A stretch of 64,000 nucleotides of DNA from Octopus vulgaris (taxonomy: Eukaryota): positions 214,396,001 to 214,460,000 of the forward strand of contig OX597814.1 of assembly GCA_951406725.2 (NCBI GenBank), in the 5' to 3' direction. The position numbers and the translations under genes are program-made. Shown here one piece after another: positions 50,469 through 63,599 of the stretch. Each line of letters begins with the position of its first letter. Positions within the stretch are counted from its first letter, which is position 1. The notes beneath the pieces were generated by a model, which saw only the letters and a program-made list of their open reading frames with translations, ran no database searches and was not told the origin of the DNA.

Positions 50469-51793
50469 TATAATAATAATAATAATATCAATAATAATAA
50501 TAATGAGTTGCTGATCTTCATTTGTCTGTCTTCTCTTGTGATGTAAATAGAAACAGAATGAGAAGAAAAAAAAAACCGACAGTGTTATAAACTGTTAAAA
50601 AGAACATGTTCTGGTTGTTGTGCAATGACTATATTTCCTTCCTTAGCTTTTGAATGGATGTTTCTGCTTCATTTTAAAGAGATTTCTGCCCTTTTGATCT
50701 TTCCTCGATTCTTTTCTTTCCTTTTACTCGCAGGGAATGACAATACAACTTTATGAAGCAGTTGCTGTCTTCGCAGCAATAATCCAGTAGTTTATTGTTA
50801 TATTATAAAGGAAATATCTCTGATGTTTTCGTATCTTTTCCATTGCAAATCCTGATGTACATAGGTTCTGTGTGCATTTGAAACTTACTATTAATGAATA
50901 GCTTTTATTTGTGAAATCCCATGCCATAATTGAACTCTCAATGAAACAACAAAATAGCAATATTTTAAATGCATGCATACATAATGTGCTAATGTATATG
51001 CACACACAAACACACACATTCGTGTGCATGCACACACACACATACTTATGCATAACATTCTTACATCAAACAAGCAAATGTTAATTTTGACCAATAGAAA
51101 TTAGTTTGTTTCACTTTCACTTTCTTTTTCTGTTGGAATGAACCAGAGGTTGCAAAGAAGTCTGTCCAAGTATCAATGCCTAATTCTTCCCCCCAACAAT
51201 TATTTATTTTATTTTTCATTAAAAAAAAAAGTTGTCTGTGATTGATTGATTGTATATTAAGAAACAGGCAGATTAACTCTGAGATCATTAGACTCACAGT
51301 TGCTTAGCATATTTTTAATAATTTGCAAGGTACAATTGCTTTACAAACCAACTGGTTAATCTGTTATTTAGTAACTGGATTGTGTGATCTTACCTTTATA
51401 GGTAATGTTTTAGATTGTCTATTGAGGAAAAAAAAACCCCCAAAAAAACGTGGTAGCTGCTACAGACATTTCAACCTGATTGTTAATCTGTACAGATGAA
51501 ATTGAATTGCTTTTCCTTTATACTGTATATTTTGTTTTGGTTGCTTTAGCAATGACTGTTGTTGTACTTTTGTTGTTATTAGTTTTACAGTATGTGTTTT
51601 AAAGTAAATAAAAAACCCACTATTTGAGTACTGCTGCCATTAGTCTAGAAAATTAGACAAATTTATTATTGTTAAATTTTGAGGTGATAGCAACTTTAAT
51701 ATATATTATATTATATATCATTATTTCACCCTCACCTTTTCAACCCGTTCACTTCTCTCTTTCAAATCTGTGTGTGTGTGTACATACATATAT

Positions 51794-51838
<45 letters not shown>

Positions 51839-53220
51839 CAAATCCACATGCAATATGAATTACTGGTGTGTTAAGTGTTCCATTATTTTGTTGCTACAAT
51901 GCACTGTAGAACTTATAGGTTTTTCAGTCAGCACTGCATGTAATGACAACTATAAACAGCCTGCCTGTACTATGTGCGTGCAGGCAAAACTGTATATCCC
52001 TATCCATTGAAAGCACTTGTATACATATCTATCTAAACATAATCTCTTGTATAACTATTTACATAATGCGAAAGCAAAAGTTCTTATTCAGTTAAATATT
52101 TACTGGTGGATGTGCCTGTTAAGCAGCTGTGTGTAACATTTATGAAATCTTCTAGAAGATAAAAAAAAAAGTATGGGATTGATTGCTAGGTTGTTGTGAA
52201 ACGTTGAACTCAATTCGGGATAGACAAATAAATAGGTGAAAAAAAAGAAATCCCTCCAGTGAATAAAAAAGGGTTAAATGACATGTTTTACTTCTACATT
52301 TGTTTTGAGTCTCTTGTGCCTGTTAGTGTATGTCTTGAATACAACATGACTGTATTACAGAACTGAGATATTGTTATGATTAATGAAGAAAGTAAGATCA
52401 TTACAGTGGATATAAAATTTTGAAATAATTTGGTTCAAATGTGTTAACCGCTTTGCCAATTACTCTATTGTCTAGTAAATATTATTTGAACTATTAGAGT
52501 TTTGTTGTTGTTTTTTTTTTCCTCTCATTTCAACTGCTGTAATCCCAATCATCCTCATGTTATATTATTATGTTGTATAGTCTCCTGTATTCTACTTTAA
52601 TTTCAAAATAAATAAAATGAAATATATAGTAAAAAAAAAAAAAAAAAAAAAAGACCCTTATAAACCCGAGACTATTAGGATAAATTTTTATATGAACTTG
52701 AGGATAATTGTAAATTGCTCCAGCTGAAATTTGTAACAAAAAACAATAATAAAATGTTAAGTTCACTAATAATCTGAATATTTTCATGCTTTGTTTTATA
52801 AATTTCTCAAATGCAACTCTCTGTTGCCTTAATCTTAGTATAACAACCTTGGCTTTTTCTACAAGGAACCGTTTAATTGATATACAAAATGTTTATGATC
52901 AAATTACTATTCACACACTTGATTGGTTAAGAAGACCTCATTGCTTGGCTTTTTTCATATTTCATTGCATAACTTCCTTTCAGAAGAGATTGTGCTCATT
53001 GACTGGCATGTATTATTTTGTTCATCTCTGGAAATAGATGGTTGCTGAACACTTATCTAGAGGAACAATGAAGGTGTTGCAAAGGTTTTACAAGTTCAAT
53101 TCTTGGATCTAGTTATTTAAGTGTATATAAAAATATGGCATCTGAAGATGCTCTGATAGACTAATTGCTACATTTGTGTAAATAAAAATACAAAATATCC
53201 ACGTAATCTGCTGTATTAAA
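50469..53220 (+). other. Probable 3' UTR of USP47 (3' end uncertain)
   Basis: AU-rich and free of the SINEs/MITEs seen elsewhere; AATAAA at 53181-53186 and ATTAAA at 53215-53220 followed by T/GT-rich sequence; earlier AATAAA (e.g. 51607) could also be used. Confidence 0.55.
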
Positions 53221-53784
53221 CTTTATTTAATGTATTGTGAAAATTTCTGTAACAAAAAAAAACTAATGCTCAGATCTTAGCAATATTTAAAAGTTGCTTT
53301 TTACCTCACCATATTAATGCTGTGATTTTGTTATTTGGATGATGGAATCATTTATTATTTCCTTTACATACTGTGTTTCCATCTTCCTCTCTCTCTTGTG
53401 TGTGTGTGATGATAATTTTCCAGAGATTTTGTGATGATCAAGTGGACTGGGATGTGGAATTTCACCTATTAATTTATTCAAATATTATACCTTTTTAATC
53501 ACCTTGTGTACGATGCAATTTGTGTGAATTTTACTGTGTATGATAGTCTTCTTGAAGTAAAAACCAACAGAGGCATTGGCCAGTCAAGTTATCAGCAATA
53601 AGTCGATAGGGTGATGGAGGATATAAATGCCAGGAAAGTAGCTGACCCATCAGAAATTGTCATTGCGACGCTTAGAATATCTGAAGTAGGATATGGGTTA
53701 GTTGCAGAAATAGTCAATACTAGCATGGAAGGTGGATGTTAAACGATGATGATGTAATACAGGAAGATATTATATTCAATGACT

Positions 53785-53996
53785 TATGAGGGAACGCTGG
53801 AAAGTTTTGGGTGTCACGAAAGGCCTGGTTGGAGGTGCAACCCTCCAAGTTCTTTTACAGGGCTTAGAAAAACTGCAGGAACACTGTAATAAATGTGTGA
53901 ACCTGTGAGGGGAATATGTTGAATAAAATCATAATTAACTGATCCTTCTGTATTTTCTATTACCCAAAGCCAGGGACTTTTCAGCACCCAGTTGTA
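53785..53996 (+). mobile_element. Mariner deletion derivative (partial reverse copy at ~63520-63600)
   Basis: Remnant GLEKLQEHCNKCVNL*GEYVE* resembles a mariner transposase C-terminus; imperfect TIRs. Confidence 0.6.
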
Positions 53997-53999
53997 TAT

Positions 54000-56300
54000 A
54001 GCAGTGTTATTATAAACTGTTACAAAGCTAAAGGAGATGCACTAGAGGAGAACTACAGGAGCATCAAAGTGTTGGACCATGTCATGAAAGTTACAGAAAG
54101 TTATTGCAAAATTTAGTTAATATGCTGTTTGGCTTTATACCAAGAAGAGGTACTACCAATGCCATCTTCCTTGTAATCTAACTGTAAGAGAAATACTGCG
54201 TCCATGCTGCCAACAAAGCACGCGGAGTTCTGTTCTTGATTTGACGGTCATTCGGAATGCTCATAGCAGCCATATTCCTACTGCTCTATGTCACATATTC
54301 CTACCACTCTTTCTTATGAAGAAAGGCTGAAGACGCTCGACCTTTATTCTCTAGAAAAACGACGACGCCGTGGTGATCTCATTCTTGCTCACAACATCAT
54401 AAGCGGAAAGTGTATCCTCTCGAAAGAGCTGTTCTTCACTCCTGTTCCAGAGCGTCGGCTGCGGGGTCATTCCGAAGCTCTATCTGCAACGATTTCATCT
54501 CAATCGAAGGAGAGGGGCTTTCTCCGGCCGGGTTGCGGATCCGTGGAATAAGCTGCCAGACGAGATGGTGAAGATGCAGACGACCGCTCGGTTCAAAGTC
54601 TCCCTTGACCACAAGTGGCCTGAACTCTTTGCATGAACACCACCCTGTACATAACTCCATGTCCCTCTACATGGCCTAGCTTTTTGTTTTTTGAACCAAA
54701 AAACTAACTAACTAACTAACTAACTTAGCTAGTATCCATAGCTTTGTTAAAAAGGTTTAGTAAAGGCTCACACTCTATCATCTGGTAGGCATGACTGGCA
54801 AGTGAGGGCTATACAAGCTATGTACAGAAATACAGTCAGCAACAGAATGAGTTAACAATAGATACAGTGATGACTTTGAGCAACGTGAGGGGAGGGGAAG
54901 CATCAGTGCTTTGTCCTCAGCTTTCTGCTTATTGTAGTCCTTCAAGCCATAACATGAGTTGAAGGCTAACTGTCTGGGAACACATGTATGTTGGTAACCT
55001 TGTTCTTGTACCAGAATCTGAGGAAGATTTAGAGAAATTCTAGACATGGAAGCTTCAAGTGGAATTGAAAGGCTTTGAAGTAAACTTGGCCAAGATTAAA
55101 GATATGCTGAGTAGAAAAGATGGTTTTGCTCCTATCAAGGAAAAGGATGTGCTCAGCATGCAGTAAAGGAGTAGAAAGAAATTCTACACAGGATGCTCAG
55201 TGTAGAAAATGGACTCACAAGAGGTGCTGTGGGATTACAGACAGACTAAGAGCAAAGGTATCCTTCACAAGTGCATTAACCCTTTTGTTACCAACCTGGC
55301 TGAAACCAGCTCTGGCTCTGAGGACAAATGTCTTGTTTTCATAAGATCTCAATTAAAATCTTCCACCAAACCTTAGTCACAATTTATGTTCCTAACACTA
55401 GCTTAAAGATAACTAAGTTATTTTACTAAATTCTTTGTTATATTTAGAGTAATTGGGAGAAACACAGAGCATCTCAAAATAAATACAGTAACAAAAGGGT
55501 TAAGCATGATGAACACTTGATGGATTGATTCCCTCAGCTGCTCAGAAGGATCCCAAGAAGTAGTTTGTTACTTGTTAACTAACTGATAGTAGGGATGGGT
55601 GCTTCGAAAGTATACTAGCCATAGTAAGAATGAGATAGAATAAGTCAGAGATCTATAAACTACCACTGGCAAAGAACGGTTTCTCTTCAGAATGAAGGAT
55701 AAAGTCTATGATGTTTGTTTGCAAAAGGCAGTGCTTCATGGTAGTGGAATGTGGATGCTGTATTTGTGGAGGTTAGGAAGAAATGAGGCAAGTTTGTTTT
55801 GCTGGATGTGTAATGTCAGTGCATGAACAGCATTGTACAAATGACCCGAGAGAAAAGTTGTTATAAGAAGGATGAAATGTAGTTTGTAAGGGAGAAGACT
55901 GATGGTGTGGGCATGGGAATGACGACAAGCTGCATCAAAAGTGTTAAGGGCTCAAAGTGGATGAAACTTAAGCCAGCACAGCACCTATGTAGTGTGATGG
56001 AGGAAAAGGACAACAGAAAAAAAGAAGCAAATGGGAGAAAGAAATACAAAAGGCCTTACCTGTTGTCCTTGGCGAAATCAGTGGTCACTCTCACGAATTA
56101 AACACGTCTTGTCTCTACTCGAACTGACCCCACATGCTTCCTGCCCACGCTTGCCCTCTGCCTGTGTCACCGGCCCCTGCAATCCCCTCCACCAACACCA
56201 CATAGCTCCATCACAGCCCATAACACCACAACCTAGAAAGAAATAGAATGAAGTGGTGAAAACTGATTTTGTGATGCTGGACCTCAGAAAAGAGATGTCG
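54000..56300 (+). mobile_element. Old decayed RTE-clade LINE interrupted by younger elements
   Basis: Fragments in RT order: NYRSIKVLDHVMKV, FGFIPRRGTTNAIF, a CSAC...CRKWTHKRC Cys/His cluster, VLHGS, WMCNVS; many stops and frameshifts. Confidence 0.7.
54197..54725 (+). mobile_element. CR1-clade LINE 3' fragment with (TAAC)n tail
   Basis: LSYEERLKTLDLYSLEKRRRRGDLILAHNII...RLRGH; tail aactaactaac. Confidence 0.82.
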
Positions 56301-57395
56301 GTTGGTGACAGGCGAGCATGGTAGAGAGAAAACTAGCCAAAGGCGTGCTGGTGGTTGGGACGTTCTCATTTCCCTGCCCTTCTTTCTCTCACTTCACATC
56401 CTCTTTGCTTGGTGTGCTTTCGCAGCATTCATCCTCTGTTCTTCCCCTCTACATCTATGGTACTCTAAAGCCCCTTTTTCTCCCACTGTCATCTTGCAGC
56501 TTCTCTACCACTTGAACAGCCACACATTTTTCCTTTATGGCCTATCTCCATGACTCTTCCCACATCTCTGCAGGTCCACATTGCTCATTTCTTTTATGCC
56601 CCTCTCCCCAACTTCCTGCTCATGATCACCCTACTCAGCCAACCCCGTCACCCTTACTACTCTGTCCCTTTCTCGCCCTGCCACCCATCCCTCCTGTTTC
56701 TTATATACCCTCACCTCAACAGAATCTATTCTGTTACCACCCTCTCGCAGCACTAAGTATATTCCTCAATACTTTAACCTCTCATAACCTTACCTCACCT
56801 GCTGCTATTCTCATTTTAATAATAGTGGTTCTGTAGTCTTGTAATTGACGAAGTGACCTTGCTAGTTCTGGTTCCATGCAAAAAGTTTCTAGTACACTCT
56901 GTAATGTGGTTGGCATTAGGAAGGACATTCAACCATAGAACGCATGACAAAACTGAGATATTGGAGCAAGCTGGGTCCTCTAACCTGTTGGATCCTGCTG
57001 GGACGATCCAACCTATGCCAGCATGGGGAAACAGTTGGATAAATGACTTGAAATGTTGGTATATGGTTGTTTTATCTTTGTGGCATCAGAAACTCCTTGC
57101 CTTACTCAAAAAGTGGATTGCATGTAGTTCAGTCTCAGTTCACTATAAGCAAACTTATGCACAAGTACCTTTTTGGAATGTGTCATGCTCATGTGATTTC
57201 CAACTCTAGTGTGTTAATTTTTCTCAAGCCCTTTGGCAACAGGGTGGTTTTGATGGTGTGTTTAAATTTAACTGACTAGAAGTATGTAATTAAAACACTG
57301 CTCATGGGTGGGCTTGAGAGGTCACCATGCTGTTCATGAATTGAGGGTGTTCACGTTTGAAAGTGAATAGATAATCATCACATATATATATAATA

Positions 57396-57784
57396 CTAGC
57401 AGTATCACCCGGTGTTGCTTGGGTTTGTTTCGACCCTTTAGAATTGGAATTTTTGAAAAGTAAAAATTTTGCATTATGTAGCTTGTTATTCTCTTTAAGT
57501 GAACATTCTTCTGGTTGAAATACACCGAAAAATGGTGACACAGCAGTCAAAAATCGTAAAAAATAGGGATTTTCATAGGAAAAAAGCACCTTTTTGATGT
57601 AAATAATTTTTGGTGTTAACATGGTCCGATTTGAATTTTATCTTCTACAGAATGAAGAGCAAGCCTTCTTCTATCATACTCTCAATTTTGGTCAACTTGC
57701 GCCGCAGGGTCTCGAAGGAGATAGTGTTAGTTGAAGGCTACCAAACCTGCCACACACAGACAACTTCAGTTTTATATATATAGA
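57396..57784 (-). mobile_element. Non-autonomous Helitron-like element (extra 5'-end fragments up to ~58480)
   Basis: Minus strand: A|TCtatatatataaaa ... cccaagcaacaccggg hairpin, CTAG|T. Confidence 0.6.
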
Positions 57785-58595
57785 TTTGCTACACACTACT
57801 TTCCACCCTTAATAATGAAACTTGGTAGATCCAAAAGTTAAACTCACACACACACACACAGATACACACACAGACACACAAGTTGAGTTTTATATATATA
57901 GATTTCTCAACAGGGATTTCAGGGAAGAGTTTCAGGGAGTCACTGGCGATGTATTGTGATGATGAAAAATCCGGCCTGCTAAAATTTGGTTAAAGTGATT
58001 CAAACTGCAGACTCAACGCAAAATGGTCACATTTAATTCAAAGCGTTAAAAATGTTATGAAAACAATTGGTATGTGTTCACAAAGTCCAAACGATTAATA
58101 CGAAAAAAACCTTCCAGGCTACATCCCGAAAATTCATTTCTTTGCCGAATTTCTACAATGTTTACAGCGATTCGTTTTTATATCTTGATTTTTTATTTTT
58201 CATGCAATTTACGCATGCTTGCATGCGTGGTGAACACAGTTCACGTTCAAACAGCTGACTGAGTAAAGTTCACAATTCAATGCATGGGATAAGGCCTAAA
58301 CAAACACATTATCGATTTTTGCACTTGCGAGATGAATTTCGGAACAGAAATAGCGCAGTTCAATTTTCATTTGCCTAAACCTTAAGTGACCCATTTTTGG
58401 TGGTTCTATGATTTGTTGACTAGGAGGAGATGTGTCAGGAAGTTAAACACACAGACACACAAGTTGAGCTTTATATATATAAATATATATATATAGTTAA
58501 TCCAAACATGAAAACAAAGAGAAAACAAAACAACGCGAGGACGTGGAACAAGTATAGTGTTATTGGATGCTCAGGAAAGGAAAGAAAGAAGGAGG

Positions 58596-58630
58596 ATTTA
58601 ACGTTTCGAGCGGAGCTCTTCGTCAGAAAC
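58596..58630 (-). ncRNA. Minimal hammerhead-like motif (canonical CUGACGA core) within a Penelope-like repeat (~58496-58707)
   Basis: Minus strand: gttt [CTGACGA] a gagc-tcc-gctc [GAAAC] GTT aaat; the element sits between (TA)n runs. Confidence 0.6.
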
Positions 58631-58730
58631 ATAGGAAAAGGGAAGATCCAAGGAAGGGAAGACGGAGGAAAAAAATCGCCAACGGTACACACGTGGTCAC
58701 ATTTTGAATATATATATAAATAATCTGTGA

Positions 58731-58985
58731 GTGGAGGCGTGTGGCTTAGTGGTTAGGGTGTAAGCATCATGATCGTAAGATTGTAATTTCGATTCCTAGA
58801 CCGGGCGATGCATTGTGTTCTTGAGCAAAACACTTCATTTCATGTTGCTCCAGTCCACTCAGCTGGCAAAAATGAGTAACGCTGCGATGGACTGGCATCC
58901 CATCCAGCTGGGGAACACATACGCCATAGAAACCGGGAAACCATGCCCATGAGCCTGGCTAGGATTTAAAAAGGGCGCACTTATT
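58731..58985 (+). mobile_element. tRNA-derived SINE group 3 variant
   Basis: Head ggaggcgtgtggcttagtggttaggg; 3' module shared with the 6745 copy. Confidence 0.8.
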
Positions 58986-59340
58986 ATTTATATGTATATA
59001 TGTATATGTATGGTGATGGAAATCAACTCAATAAATAGTATGACCATTGCTTGTTAATGAGCTGCAAAATGAAGATGACATTTTAGTTCAGCTGATGATC
59101 CACAGCATTTACCATGATTATTAAATGAATATTTCTTTGTGAAGTACAATATAGAATCATGACATTTGGCATTGTGTACAAACAATTGTCAGACAACCAA
59201 TAGGAGGATAATGTTTATTATATGATTGGCAGATATGCATTCCTTCAGGTGGGAAAGATTTATAATTAGCTTGCTTTAGTTCATGTTCCCTTGAGCTGTT
59301 AATAAGACCAGCCTTAGGTAGACAAATCTGATTACAAATT

Positions 59341-59759
59341 ACTCTTACTCTTTTACTCTTTTACTTGTTTCAGTCATTTGACTGCGGCCATGCTGGAACA
59401 CTGCCTTTAGTCGAGCAAATCGACCCCGGGACTTATTCTTTGTAAGCCCAGTACTTATTCTATCGGTCTCTTTTGCCGAACCGCTAAGTGACGGGGACGT
59501 AAACACACCAGCATCGGTTGTCAAGCAATGCTAGGGGGACAAACACACACACACAAACACACATACACACACATATACACATATATACATATATACGACA
59601 GGCTTCTTTCAGTTTCCGTCTACCAAATCCACTCACAAGGCATTGGTCGGCCCGGGGCTATAGCAGAAGACACTTGCCCAAGATGCCACGCAGTGGGACT
59701 GAACCCAGAACCATGTGGTTGGTTAGCAAGCTACTTACCACACAGCCACTCCTGCGCCT
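59341..59759 (-). mobile_element. SINE group 1 copy
   Basis: Reverse complement of the family. Confidence 0.88.
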
Positions 59760-59946
59760 ATTGAACATTTAAAATTTTTTTTTTTACATCTATGAGGTTG
59801 CATTTCCTTGCATCCTGTTTTAATTTTCAGTGTTGAATGTGATTCTCTTCAAAATACATGGATGCATTGAGTATAGTTGTTCTTCATGCTGCCTCTTCAA
59901 TTGCTGTTATTTCCCAACTCTGTGTGGATGTTGCCTTTTTTTGTTC

Positions 59947-60350
59947 AGGCGCAGGAGTGGCTGTGTGGTAAGTAGCTTGCTAACCAACCACATGGTTCCG
60001 GGTTCAGTCCCACTGCGTGGCACCTTGGGCAGGTGTCTTCTGCTATAGCCCCGGGCCAACCAATGCCTTGTGAGTGGATTTGGTAGACGGAAACTGAAAG
60101 AAGCCTGTCGTATATATGTATATATATATGTGTGTGTGTGTGTTTGTCCCCCTAGCATTGCTTGACAACCGATGCTGGTGTGTTTACGTCCCTGTCACTT
60201 AGCGGTTCAGCAAAAGAGACCAATAGAATAAGTACTGGGCTTACAAAGAATAAGTCCCGGGGTCGATTTGCTCGACTAAAAAAAAAGCGGTGCTCCAGCA
60301 TGGCCACAGTCAAATGACTGAAACAAGTAAAAGAGAAAAGAGAAAGAGAG
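59947..60350 (+). mobile_element. SINE group 1 copy
   Basis: Colinear with the family. Confidence 0.88.
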
Positions 60351-60733
60351 AATCAGATTCAAGACAGTCTTTGTAGCTTAATTTTGGTTTGTAAAGAAGT
60401 TTTTTTCCAGAACATAGTTTTCCATAGAGTTGACACTAAGAATTCTTTCATCTTCCATACAGACTACATGTATGCAAAAGATCTCTGCTTACGACATTGG
60501 TTTACCACAAGACCTTGACATCATTTGTATCTTTCCAAGATGTATGCAAAAATTTGCCAAAGGCACTTTTGCAGAAAACACTCCCACTGTTTAACATGGG
60601 TTGAATATAATGTTCATTTTCCACAGTCATACTACAAAACATGCTTTGAAAATACATATTTGAGTATCTTTTTTTAATATTGATATCATTGAAAATTAAT
60701 ATCTTTACTAAGGTCTCGACAAATATGAAAGAT

Positions 60734-61138
60734 AGGCGCAGGAGTGGCTGTGTGGTAAGTAGCTTGTCTACCAACCACATGGCTCCGGGTTCAGTCCCAC
60801 TGCGTGGCACCTTGGGCAAGTGTCTTCTACTATAGCCTCGGGCCGACCAAAGCCTTGTGAGTGGATTTGGTAGACGGAAACTGAAAGAAGCCCGTCGTAT
60901 ATATGCATATATATATATGCATGTGTGTGTTTGTGTGTCTGTGTTTGTCCCCTAGCATTGCTTGACAACTGATGCTGGTGTGTTTATGTCCCCGTTACTT
61001 AGCGGTTTGGCAAAAGAAACCGATAGAATAAGTACTGGGCTTACAAAGAATAAGTCCTGGGGTCGAGTTGCTCGACTAAAGGCGGTGCTCCAGCATGGCC
61101 ACAGTCAAATGACTGAAACAAGTAAAAGAGTAAAGAGT
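60734..61138 (+). mobile_element. SINE group 1 copy
   Basis: Colinear with the family. Confidence 0.88.
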
Positions 61139-61498
61139 ATATACTATCTATTTATCTACCCATCTACTTACCTATCTACTCTCCTATCCATTCAACCATC
61201 CATCAATCTGTTGAGTTCCATTATAATGAATATTGACATAATGACTTTATCAATTGTTCAGAGTTGGCAGTGTGGGGCAGGATGTTTATTGTATCACTAT
61301 TTTAGTAGCATCAAATGTTACCAAATTGTTTGATGAGGGCATTTGGAATTAGTAATGTGAAGAATATTGGATTGGACTTGGTGTCACATCTAACAATGCC
61401 TCTACTTTCCATAATTAGCTAACTGTACACTATTTTTCTTTTTACCTGCTCACATCTATCTATTCTGCTTTTGTCACTTCTATCTCTCCACTATTCAC

Positions 61499-61785
61499 TT
61501 TTTTCAGATTCTTCCAACCTAGAATGTCAACCCTTTTTTCAGATTCTTCCAACCTAGAATGTCAACCCTTTTTTCAGATTCTTCCAACCTAGAATGTCAA
61601 CCCTTTTTTCAGATTCTTCCAACCTAGAATGTCAACCCTTTTTTCAGATTCTTCCAACCTAGAATGTCAACCCTTTTTTCAGATTCTTCCAACCTAGAAT
61701 GTCAACCCTTTTTTCAGATTCTTCCAACCTAGAATGTCAACCCTTTTTTCAGATTCTTCCAACCTAGAATGTCAACCCTTTTTTC
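61499..61785. repeat. Perfect 35-bp minisatellite, 8.2 copies
   Basis: Unit ttttttcagattcttccaacctagaatgtcaaccc; cagatt recurs every 35 bp from 61505 to 61750. Confidence 0.97.
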
Positions 61786-62895
61786 CCCCCATATTATTTC
61801 CGAAGATGTTCAAACAAACAGTTACAATTTCAATCTTACCTATTAAAAAAACAAAACAAAATGAGGGCCTAAAAAGTTTAGCTGATGAGTATAAGGTCAT
61901 CAAAGCTGAGCGCCTCTTTACATTTATATCATTTACATAAGTATTGCTTATAATTCTTTAAAAAAGAGGAGTTGGGATTTATCCAAAGTTAGCGATATTA
62001 ATGTTTCCTACTAGGAATTGACATTTGGCAATGTATTCAGTTTACATAATCTTAATGTGTAAGAATAGACAAATAGGTGTTCATGAATAAAAAAAAAAAT
62101 CATTGCTCTTAACTTACTCCGTCTCAAAGTAAACAGATTCAAATCTGATGGGAACCAGATAAAAAAGACAAAAAAGAGCCCACATTTTTGTTCTCTCATC
62201 AATGAAAAGTGCCATTTGATTCTTCTTCCGTCACATCCATCTATTTCTGCATATTACACTATATTACACTTACTATGTGACAAAGAATTTTAACATCATT
62301 ATATTTCAGTTGTATTAACCCTTTCGTTACCACCTCAACTGAAACCAGCTCTGGCTCCAAGTACAAATGCCTTGTTTTCATAAGTTTTGAATTAAAATCT
62401 TCAACCAAAACCTTAGTCACAATTTATGTTCCTAACACTAGCTGAATGATAACTAAGTTATTTTACTAAATCCTTTGTTATATTTAAAATGAATTGAAAG
62501 AAACACAGAGCATCTCAAAATAAATACAGTAACGAAAGAGTTTAGGCAGTAAGTTGGCAGAATTGTTAGCATGCCAGACAAAATGCTTAGTGGTATTTTG
62601 GCTGTCTTTATATTCTGAGTTCAAATTCTGCTGAGGTCGACTTTGCCTGTCATCCTTTCAGGGGAAATGAAATAAAGTACTCGTGGAGCACTGGTGTTGA
62701 TGTAATTGACTAACACCCTCCCCCAAATTTCAGGCCTTGTGCCTATAATAGTATATTTTAGTTGCTGTGACTGTTTTAGGATTTGATAGTGAAGCAAATG
62801 ATTTCTGAATGAAGATGATAAGAAGTTTAATGAGTGAGAGATTTTTACTGCTATATCAGCAGTAAATGAAGTAATTCATAAATTACAGCAAGTTT

Positions 62896-63292
62896 ACTCT
62901 TTTACTTGTTTCAGTCATTTGACTGCGGTCATGCAGGAGCACCGCCTTTAATCGAGCAACTCGACCCCGGGACTTATTCTTTTGTAAGCCCAGTACTTAT
63001 TCTATTGGTCTCTTTTTGCCGAACCGCTAAGTAACGAGGACATAAACACACCAGCATTAGTTGTCAAGCAATGCTAGGGGAACAAACACAGACACACAAA
63101 CACACACACACATATATATACATATATACGATGGGCTTCTTTCAGTTTTCATCTACCAAATCCACTCACAAGGCTTTGGTCGGCCCGAGGCTATAGTAGA
63201 AGACACTTGCCCAAGGTGCCACGCAGTGGGACTGAACCCGGAACCATGTGGTTGGTAAACAAGCTACTTACCACACAGCCACTCCTGCGCCT
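62896..63292 (-). mobile_element. SINE group 1 copy
   Basis: Reverse complement of the family. Confidence 0.88.
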
Positions 63293-63599
63293 ATGAAATT
63301 ATGAACTAATTATTAAAGAGATTCATGTCATACTTTGACAATCACCAAATCAATTTTCTAAGTTTGAATTGAAACCTTGGGAAAGTATCTACTTAGTGCC
63401 AAAAGGCATAACTCAATGCTCATGTTCAATATCAATAATATGAGATACCAATGTTCAGTTGCTGAATAAACAAAATCTCCACTCCAGTATATAATCTAAT
63501 ATGTCTAGATTATATAACATTAATCCTGATGAAAAGTTCCTGGCTTTTGGTAAGAGAAAATACAGGCGGCTCAGTTAATTATGATTTTATTCAACATAT

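Noticed and set aside
61499-61785. CRISPR array
   Set aside because: The 35-bp units are directly adjacent with no unique spacers, the context is eukaryotic, and there are no cas genes.
7726-63535. Other isolated CTGATGA/CTGAAGA heptamers (e.g. ~7728, ~37945, ~59092, ~61882, ~63526) as hammerheads
   Set aside because: None has a stem II followed by GAAA or a closing stem I.
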